DNA from: Octopus vulgaris
Taxonomy: Eukaryota
Assembly (NCBI GenBank): GCA_951406725.2
Contig: OX597836.1
Span: forward strand, 32,426,001-32,490,000
Length of the DNA stretch: 64,000 nucleotides
Reading direction: 5' to 3'
A program made the position numbers and the translations under genes. Below the pieces are notes generated by a model. It was not told the origin of the DNA. It was given only the letters and a program-made list of their open reading frames with translations, and did not search any database. Shown here piece by piece: positions 54,550-64,000 of the stretch. Within the stretch, counting starts at the first letter, position 1. Each line of letters opens with the position of its first letter.

Positions 54550-55035
54550 AGAGGCTGCGTGGTAAGGCATTTGCTTTCTAATCTCATGGTTCTGGGTGAG
54601 TGTCTTCTATTATAGTCTCGGACTGACCAAAGTCTTGGGAGTCGATTTGGCAGATGGAAACTGAAAGAAGCCTGTCATATACGGGTTCAGTCCCACTGCG
54701 TGGCACCTTGGGCAAGTGTCTTCTACTAAACCTCGGGCCGACCAAAGCCTTGTGAGTGGATTTGGTAGATGGAAACTGAAAGAAGCCCGTTGTATATATG
54801 TATATATATATGCGTGTGTGTGTTTGTGTGTCTGCGGTGTTTGTTCCCCTAGCATTGCTTGACAACCGATGCTGGTGTGTTTATGTCCCCGTTACTTAGC
54901 GGTTCGGCAAAAGAGACCGATAGAATAAGTACTGGGCTTACAAAGAATAAGTCCTGGGGTCGAGTTGCTCGATTAAAGGCGGTGCTCCAGCATGGCCGCA
55001 GTCAAATGACTGAAACAAGTAAAAGAGTAAAAGAG
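54550..55035 (+). mobile_element. SINE family A, young copy nested in or fused to an older copy
   Basis: The head segment occurs twice (54550-54680 and 54682 onward), and an older 3' half follows at 55040-55245. Confidence 0.85.
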
Positions 55036-55680
55036 TGTATGTGTGTGTGTGTCTTTGTGTTTGTCCCCCCACCACCACCACTTAACACCCAGTATTAGTG
55101 TGTTTATTTCCTTGTAACCTAGCAGTTTGGCACAAGAGACCATTGTACCAGTACTGGGGTTGGTTCATTCAGCTGAAATTCTTCAAGGTAGTGCCCCAGC
55201 ATGGCCATAACCTAATTACTGAAACAAGTGAAAAGATAAAAGATACATGCATGCTATACATACTTGTGCTGCTGTAGAATGGCAGCTAGGAAATCCTCAG
55301 ACAAATATATGAGTCCTGAGATCATTTTCAATATGGTTCAACATTCACAATGCAAAGTTCAAAATGCCATCAATTTAACGATTTCATAAGAGAAATAATA
55401 TCATTGCTGTAAGATAAGGTAGGGAAGATGGTGTTCAAGATCATAGAGCTGGAAACAAACTACCCTGTAGTACATGATCAGCTGTCAGAGTGATGAAGAC
55501 CATCTTGACATACTTATGGTAACTGATGTCTTCTGCGGTAATTTATTTTAAGTGAAGAGTTGTGCACCATCAACCTCACTCTCTCTCGTCTGTGACCACC
55601 TACAGGAATTTTATCTACCAGTGCAGTGTTCAGCACTAATTCTTAATGTTTGACATTTACATATATATATATATATATAT

Positions 55681-56066
55681 GTGGAAGCACTCCGTCGGTT
55701 ACGACGATGAGGGTTCCAGTTATTCCGAATCAACGGAACAGCCTGCTCGTGAAATTAATGTGTAAGTGGCTGAGCACTCCACAGACACGTGCACCCTTAA
55801 CGTAGTTCACGGGGATATTCAGCGTGACACAGAGAGTGACAAGGCCGGCCCCTTGAAATACAGGTACAACAGAAACAGGAAGTAAGAGTGAGAGAAAGTT
55901 GTGGTGAAAGAGTACAGCAGGGATCACCACCATCCCCTGCCGGAGCCTCGTGGAGCTTTAGGTGTTTTCACTCAATAAACACTCACAACGCCCGGTCTGG
56001 GAATCGAAACCGCGATTCTATGACCGCGAGTCCGCTGCCCTAACCACTGAGCCATTGCGCCTCCAC
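55681..56066 (-). mobile_element. SINE family C, tRNA-Arg-like head (resembles octopus OR-type SINEs), full length and young
   Basis: Minus strand GGAGGCGCAATGGCTCAGTGGTTAGGGCAGCGGACTCGCGGTC..GGTTTCGATTCC; CpG-rich; inserted in (TA)n. Relatives near 12980, 27683, 32141, 38270, 48105 and 60978. Confidence 0.88.
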
Positions 56067-56336
56067 ATATATATATATATATATATATACACATTCGCTA
56101 GCTTTTTCCCAGTAGCTTAATAACAGCACTGGCACCTCCAAGATTGAGTGGTCTCAATGATAATGGTGCAAAATCACGTTGATATTTTGCTCATTGACTG
56201 ACAAGAAAAACTCAGCTGTGAATATTCCATGTATTGTGTCTTTGTCTATTTCCCTGTCTGTTAAGTTTTCAACTTGTTTCCTGTCTGCTCTGCTTTCATC
56301 TAACTTTCTCTCCTTGTGTTCTGCCTGTTCAATCCT

Positions 56337-56375
<39 letters not shown>

Positions 56376-56380
<5 letters not shown>

Positions 56381-56577
56381 GTAAAATAATATGTGACAAT
56401 TATTGCAGCCAAGATAAAACCCTGAGTTTCGGATGCTAAGTTGGAAACCCACACCACCATCTCTTCGGTTATCTGGCCATAACCAAAGAGATGGTGGTGT
56501 GGTTTTCCACCTCGGCATCCAAAACTCAGAGTTTTTTCTTGGCTACCAAATAATTGTCACATATTATTTTACAGATA
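56376..56577. repeat. ~200-bp foldback made of two inverted copies of a hammerhead-bearing pseudo-LTR-like unit
   Basis: ATCTGTAAAATAATATGTGACAATTATT...CCACACCACCATCTCTTCGGTTAT is mirrored by ATAACCAAAGAGATGGTGGTGTGG...AATAATTGTCACATATTATTTTACAGAT. The element continues to about 56643 between (TA)n tracts. Confidence 0.9.
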
Positions 56578-56714
56578 AATTCCTCTATTTACATAATATT
56601 GAGGTCTCTTTCTTTCTTTTGTTATCTTACCGTTTTTACCAATATATATATCATCATCATCAGTAATTCAGATATCCAAAAAACAAGCATATTCTAAAGT
56701 GTTAGGGCAATAAT

Positions 56715-56927
56715 ATATTTTTTAGGATGTTAAAAGTTATAGGCAATCATAGAGTGACCATTAGTTTTGCACCTATGAAGCACTTAGCAGTATAGGTGAC
56801 TCAGAGAGGTTGCACACATTCAGTCAGCTGAATCTAATGAGTCAACTATGCTACTAAGCAATTCATAGGTGCACAGCTAAAGGTCACGATATGACCGACC
56901 ATAACTTTTGCTTTCCTAAATGTATAT
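56715..56927. mobile_element. Foldback or MITE-like imperfect palindrome
   Basis: AAAAGTTAT..GTGACC..TGCACCTATGAA..CTTAGCAGTATAG.TGACTCA is mirrored by TGAGTCA.CTATGCTACTAAG..TTCATAGGTGCA..GGTCAC..ATAACTTTT. Confidence 0.75.
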
Positions 56928-56939
56928 TCTTGTTTTCCT

Positions 56940-57318
56940 TTATTCTTTCACGTGTTTCAGTCATTTGACCGCAGCCATGCTGGAGCACCGCCTTTAGTCA
57001 AGAAAATCGAGCCCAGGGGTTATTCTTTGTAAGCCTAGTACTTATACTATTGGTCTTTTGCTGAACCGCTACATTACAGGCACATAAACACAGCAGCATC
57101 GGTTGTCAAGCAATGTTGGGAGGACAAACACAGGCACACACATACATATATACATGTACAGTGGGCTTCTTTCAGTTTCCATCTACCATATCCACTCACA
57201 AGGCTTTGGTCAGCCCGAGACTATAGTAGAAGACACTTGCCCAAGGTGCCATGCAGTGGGACTGAACTTGGAACCATGTGGTGGTAAGCAAACTACTTAC
57301 CACACAGCCACTCCTGCA
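56940..57318 (-). mobile_element. SINE family A copy
   Basis: Full-length reverse complement. Confidence 0.88.
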
Positions 57319-58172
57319 TCTGTCTATATATATATATATGTGTGTGAGTGTATGTGTGTCTATATATATATATGTATGTATATATATAAGATTGGCTCCT
57401 TTCAGTTTCCATCCATTAAATCTACTTACAAGGCTTTGGTTGGCCTGGGGCTATATATAGTAAAAGACACTTGCTCAAGGTGCCAATGCAGTAAGACTGA
57501 ACCCTGAACCATACGGTTCGGAAGCAAGCTTCTTACCACACAGCTGCACCAACACCCGTTAAAATAAACTATATTAAAAAAATATATATATAAAATGGCA
57601 AGAAATAATTTTTTCTTAAAAAAAAAGGAAGAAAAAAGAAGGAACACAATAGCTGAAATAATATTAAGTAAATATTTTCTCAGCATTTTGATGGCTTTTA
57701 TCACATATATTTATATAAATATATCAGAATAATAGCAATGTTTGAGATAAGCTATAAGAAAACAAGGAAGACGTACAGAATAACTGTTCAATGTGTTGTC
57801 TATGTTTCCTTTTCGAATAGAAGAAAAGGAGAGAGACAGGCACAAAGAAAGGCAGACAAAGAAATAGAGAGAGTGAAAGCAAAGCTTTAGTGTTATCGGC
57901 ATTAGTAGCAGCACAATAGCCGAGGAAAGTTTTTTTTGTCTAAGAATAATAAGAACTTATAATAAAAATACTTGTATGTGTGTGTGTGTGTGAGTTAGTC
58001 TATATGCATATATGTGTGTGTGTATTGTGTGTACGTGTGTATTGTGTCTGTGTAGGTATAGAGATATATGTATATATATATGTGTGTGTGTGTGTGTATG
58101 TATCTATATATATGTGTGTCTATGTATATATGTACACACACACATGCATATATACACATATACATTAATCTA

Positions 58173-58212
<40 letters not shown>

Positions 58213-58910
58213 CGAACATGTGCATGTATATGTAAGTATAAAGATATATGTATATATATATATTTATATACACACACACACATACATTAATCTATGAATA
58301 TGCATATATATATATATATATATACATGTGTGTGTGTACGTAAATACATGTATGTGTATGTGTGTGTGTGTTCGGGTGGTGGGTGTAATAATAATAATAA
58401 TAATAACAAGCCCATTGTATACTGTGCTCAATATATATAGACTCTTTTAGTTGTTTAAGTCATTAGGCTGCTGCTATGCTGGACACCATCTTGAAAGGTC
58501 TTTGTCATTTCTATTGATTCCAGTCAATACTTATGTTTAAGTTGGGTGATATATATTAATTGTACCACTAAGTTACTGGAGACTGATGCAGACATAGAGT
58601 CAGGCACACAGACACACACACACACCCACAAACATATGCTCACACATATACATATATACATACACACACACATAGGGAAAGAGAGAGAGATGACGCATGT
58701 ATATAAATAGGCACAGGCATTGCTGTTATGGTAAGTAACTTGATACCCTGCTGTATGGTTCACGGTTCTATTCCACTCTGGGGTACCTTGGGCAAACATC
58801 TAATATATATAGCCACAGGCTGACCAAAGTCTTGTGAGTGGATTTGGTAGACAGAAATTGAAAGATCATATATATGTGTGTGTGTGTGTGAGTGTGTATA
58901 TATATATATA

Positions 58911-58957
<47 letters not shown>

Positions 58958-59310
58958 ATATGTATATATATCTTTTATCTTTTACCACCTTGAAGAATCT
59001 TTAGTTAAGTTAATAGATCCTAGGGCTTATTTTTTAAGCCTGGGTCTCTTTTGCCCAACCTCTAAGTTATGGGGATGTAAACACACCATCACAAGTTGTC
59101 CAGTAGTTGTGAGTGATAGAAATACTCACACACACCTGTAATCATGTGGTTGGTAAGCAAGCTACTTACCACATAGCCACTCCTGTGCCTATAGGACTAA
59201 CTTCTTTCAGTTTCCATCAGCCAGAAACAATTTGATTAATAACTAAACATTGTGCCCACGTTATCCCTGCCTTTGCATCATTTTAAAGAAATTGTGGTCC
59301 AAAATAATTT

Positions 59311-59602
59311 CATCCATCATCATCATCATCGTCGTTATCATCATCATCATCATTATCGTCATCAACCTCCCTTCCTCCTCTTTATCATTGTCATTGTCCA
59401 TCATTGTCATCATCTTCATCACCATCATCATCATCTCTGTCATTGACACCATCACCCTCCTCATTATCATTATTGTCATCACCATCATCATTATTGTTGT
59501 TGTCCTCATCATCATTATCATATCATCGTTGTCATCATTGCCATCGTCATCATCGTCGTTGTCTTATCCCTCCTCATTACCATCATTATCATCATCATCA
59601 CC
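59311..59602. repeat. Degenerate (CAT)n tract
   Basis: Directly visible. Confidence 0.9.
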
Positions 59603-60089
59603 TATAACAACCATATACAAAATATCTTTGGAAATTGTCTTTAAAACTGGAATGGCTCTGCCATAAAAGCAAGGCCTATTATGGTAATGGCTTATGTTCT
59701 GTCCATCAACTGTCCTTCAGTTTATCCATTAGTGATTTATTGTGTGCATGTGTGTGTGTATATGTCACTGTATTTCTTTGTGTGTGTATGTGAGTCCATG
59801 TCCCTGAGTGTATGTGTGAAGCTTGAGTGACGATGTTTGAAAATCCAGAATAACATTGACCATTAGAAGTTTCTGTAATGTCTACTTACTTTGGCCATAG
59901 ACAACAGCTTAGCATCAAACTGTCTTTTTTTTTCCTCTTTTGTTCCTCTTCTTCCATTCTCAACCATTCTACAGTATTGGGAATTACTTGAATTGGAAGA
60001 AACAGTTATGACATTATAATCAATGACATATACTGAAAGATGTCTTTTGTAACAAGGAACTACATACAATGAATGTAAAATTCATATAA

Positions 60090-60141
<52 letters not shown>

Positions 60142-60240
60142 TATATATATACATACACACACATACATTATGTATACACATAATATATATACATATATGT
60201 ACATATATATATACGTCATATATACATATATGTACAAATA

Positions 60241-60295
<55 letters not shown>

Positions 60296-60310
60296 GAGAG
60301 AAATAATATA

Positions 60311-60523
60311 TTCTTTTATTCTTTTACTTGTTTCAGTCATTTGATTGCGACCATGCTGGAGCACTGCCTTTAGTCGAACAAATCGACTCTGGGACTTATT
60401 CTTTGTAAGCCTAGTACTTATTCTATCAGTGTCTTTTGCCAAACTGCTAAGTTATGGGGATGTAAACACTGCAGCATCGGTTGTCAAGCAGTGGTGTGGG
60501 GACAAACACAAACATACATACAT

Positions 60524-60571
<48 letters not shown>

Positions 60572-60722
60572 GCCGGGCTTCTTTCAGTTTCTGTCTACAA
60601 AATCTGCTCACAAGGCTTTAGTCAGCCTGAGGCTATATCTGAAGACACTTGCCCAAGGTGCCATGCAGTGGGATTGAACCCAGAACCATATGGCAATCTT
60701 CTTACCACAGAGCCACTCCTAC
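60311..60722 (-). mobile_element. SINE family A copy
   Basis: Full-length reverse complement. Confidence 0.88.
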
Positions 60723-60734
60723 ATATATGTATAT

Positions 60735-60871
60735 GAGTTAGTATCAAAAGCTTCTTGACCTAGTTACATTTAATAAAAAATAACTTATTTACCTAAATTT
60801 TAACATCATCTTCAAAATAGTCACCTTGCACAGCAATACACTAGTCCCAGCATTCCTGCCACTTTTGGAAT
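60735..60871 (-). mobile_element. Mariner transposase C-terminal and terminal fragment
   Basis: Minus strand reads FQKWQECWD*CIAVQGDYFED, a typical mariner C-terminus. Confidence 0.7.
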
Positions 60872-62681
60872 ACACATACACACACACACACATACACTCA
60901 CACACAGTCATAATGAATGGAGGAAATGGAAAATGGAATCTTTATTATAGCCAGCAACCTACTGGCAACAACAGCATGCGTGGAGGTGCAATGGCCCAGT
61001 GTTTTGGGCAGCGGACTCGCGGTCGTAAGAACGCGGTTTCGATTGCCAGACAGGGCATTGTGAGTGTTTATTGAGCAAAAATACCTAAGCTCCACGAGGC
61101 CCGGGCAGGGGGTGGGAGGCTCGTGAACCCTGCTGTACCATTTTCCATTTCCCTCATTCATTATAAAAATCAACAAACACTGTGAAATTCCTGAGGTAGA
61201 TCCAGTGACACTTATTTCAAATCTGTGGATAACATCAGGTAGCCATAGACAGTGAAAGTGCTTTAACCAGCATACTACTAGGTGTATGCCCAAAGTCTAA
61301 ATAATTACTTTATGTATATATATATATACAGGCAGTGAACTGAAAGAAACATCAGCATGCGAGGTAAAATGCTTAGTGACATTTTGTCTGCCATTACGTT
61401 CTAAGTTCAAATTCCACCAAGGTTGTCTTTACGTTTCATCCTTTAGGGAATCAATAAAATTAGTACCAGTTGAACACTGGGGTCGATGTAATTGACTTAA
61501 CCCCTTCTCGAAATTGCTGGCCTTGTGCCAAAACTTGAAACCAATATATATATATCAATATATACATATACAGGTGAGCAAATGTGTATGTACGCTATAT
61601 ATATATATAAATTCAAAAAATAGAACAAGAATGCAGGCATGTCTCTGTATTAAGAAGCTTGTTTCCCAACCACATGGTTCTGGGTTCAGTCCATGACACC
61701 TTGGGCAAGTGTCTTCTACTATAGCCTCAGGCCAACCAAAGCCTTGTTAGTAGATTTGGTAGATGTGTATATATATATATACTTTATTCTTTTATTCTCT
61801 TACTTGTTACAGTCATTTAACTGCAGCCATGCTGGAGCACTACCTTTAGTTGAACAAATTGACTTCTAGACTTATTCTTTGTAAGCCTAGTACTTATTCT
61901 ATTGGTATCTTTTGCCAAACTGCTAAGTTATGGGAATGTAAACACACCAGCATCAATTGTCAAGCGACACACAAACACACACACACACACACATATATAC
62001 AACAGGCTTCTTTCAGTTTCCGTTTACCAAATCCATTCACAAGGTGCCACGCAGTGGGACTGAACTCTGGACCATGTGGTTGGGAAGCAAGCGACTTACC
62101 ACACAGCCATTCATATATATACATAATATGTATGCATGTAGATATGTATGTCTGTGAATGTGTGTGTCATTGTGTCCATGTTTGTCCCACAATCACTGCT
62201 TAACACTGCAGTTTGTTGTACTTGAAAAGACACACCAAGGTAAGGAAAACGTGGTTGCCCTTGCAAACAGGCTCATCCCTTGCATCTCCCTCCAGCTAAG
62301 CATCCCTAATCTTGCAGGTTCATAAATGCTGGTTCCACATGAAAGGCTGCCATACCAGTGTTGTGTAAAGCACCCAGTAAACTCTGTAAAGTGGTTGGCA
62401 TTTGGAAGGGCATCGAGCTGTGAACAACCCTTCAGCTGATCAGCTTCTGTGAAACCATCAAACCCATGCCATCATGGAAAATGGACATTAAAGGATATGG
62501 ATAATGTGTGTGTGTGTGTGTGTGTGTGTGCATATCTCTTAACATCCAGTGTTCATTCATTTATGTCCCCGTAACATAGCAATTTAGTTCATATCCCTGA
62601 ACTTGGTGGTTCAGTAAAAGGAGGCCAATAGAATGAGTATAAGGCTTTAAAAAAATAGGTACCAAGGTTGATTTGTTCAAC

Positions 62682-62753
62682 GGGGATATAGCTCAGTGGT
62701 AGAGCATTTGACTGCAGATCAAGAGGTCACTGATTCAATCCCGGGTGTCCCCT
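62682..62753 (+). tRNA. tRNA-Cys(GCA), probably a pseudogene or retrocopy
   Basis: GGGGATATAGCTCAGTGGTAGAGCATTTGACTGCAGATCAAGAGGTCACTGATTCAATCCCGGGTGTCCCCT. Acceptor, D and anticodon arms are intact. The T stem ACTGA/CCGGG has two mismatches and the B-box G53 is lost. Confidence 0.85.
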
Positions 62754-63712
62754 TTAAAATTTTCATTTTGTTGTGGTGCACCTGAACACTGTATACAATA
62801 ATTTCAGTATTAATTTTTGTTATATTTTATTGACTAAAACTCTTCAAAGTGATGTCCCAGCATGGCCACAGCCCATTGACTGAAGTAAGTTAAAGATAAA
62901 AGATGCAAGACGTCCATATTTCACCATGTACCATAGCCCACCGCGCACCTTCTCTCCACTCCACATGAAGTTATGTCAAATTCAATAGACTCTGATATAA
63001 GAAAATGATGTGGAAAGAAAGAGAGAGAGAAAGAAAGAAAGAAAGAACACACACATTACACACACCTAAATACAAATACACGTATGTTCTTAACATTTCA
63101 TATCTACATACTACAAACACATATAATCTGTCAAATTCAACAGACTCTTATATAACAAGGAATTGTCATTGAGCGGCACAGACAAAGAGGGAGTACAAGA
63201 CAGAGAGAGGGAGAGAAGGATGGAGAGGATGGAGTGAGAGAGGTGGAGGGGAGAGAATCAATCAATACACTGCATGATAAATAATAAAGATTCTTAAGCG
63301 TAACGATTATTATCTGTCGGTTGTGTGATGAATGGAGAAGACAGAGTATTATGTAAAAGCAACCGGTTACTTGTGTGTGTGTGTGTGTGTACATGTCTTT
63401 GTGTATGTTTATATATATATGTGTGTGTGTGTGTGTCTGTATACATATTTGTATATACACACTATACGTGTATATATATATGTATGCAAATCTATCAATC
63501 TATATCTATACCTGTATATATCTATATCTATATATCTATATAGGTGTGTGTGTATATATACACATACACACAAAAATATATGAATACATGTGTGTGTATA
63601 TGTATACATACATATATATATATATGTATATATATGTGTGTGTATGTACATATATATGTATATATGTGTGTGTGTCTGTGTTTGTACATATATATGTATA
63701 TCTATGTAAAAG

Positions 63713-63743
<31 letters not shown>

Positions 63744-64000
63744 ATCTGTGTGTGTGTGTCTATGTGAATGTATGTATATAAATGTGCATGAGTGTATGTA
63801 TAAATAGGTTCTACATATTTACACATATATTCCTTTCTTCTTGTTGGTTTATGACTCAACATTGACGCGTCTCCACAATCACACAGTTTTAGCATCTGTG
63901 AAATTTTTAATAATGCAAATATCAGTCAAGCACTTAAAACAAATACATATGCGTGCATGAGTGCATGAATGAGCGCATGCATGAATGCACGTGTGTGTAT

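Noticed and set aside
62211-62246. Micro-exon candidate CTGCAG..CCAAG|GTAAGG as exon 6
   Set aside because: Weak pyrimidine tract, lies among repeats, and has no resemblance to ferlins.
62682-62753. Functional tRNA-Cys gene
   Set aside because: The T stem and B box are disrupted and it is inserted inside a SINE; retained only as a probable pseudogene.
439-63895. Dozens of ORFs rich in YI/HT/VC/MYVC, SL, FL or poly-N/I/H
   Set aside because: These are translations of microsatellites and low-complexity tracts.

Overview
AT-rich, microsatellite-dense animal genomic DNA, most likely an octopus (inferred from the SINE repertoire, not proven). The only credible protein-coding content is four + strand exons (11910-11968, 32844-32932, 49366-49465, 52950-53191). 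They splice in frame into the N-terminal C2A domain and acidic linker of an otoferlin-type (type 2) ferlin. Exon 1 and all exons after the fourth appear to lie outside the window, so about 99% of the window is intron. Nearly all ORFs in the supplied track are microsatellite or SINE artefacts. The introns hold at least four SINE families, mariner, hAT and piggyBac-like MITEs, RTE and Penelope fragments, a 60-bp minisatellite, a U6 retropseudogene and a tRNA-Cys retrocopy with a LINE-like tail. The least expected signal is a set of short (TA)n-inserted elements carrying minimal type-I hammerhead-ribozyme motifs of the Penelope pseudo-LTR kind, one of them arranged as a ~200-bp foldback. There are also several local inverted and tandem rearrangements. 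All homology calls are from recall and manual alignment; no searches were run.
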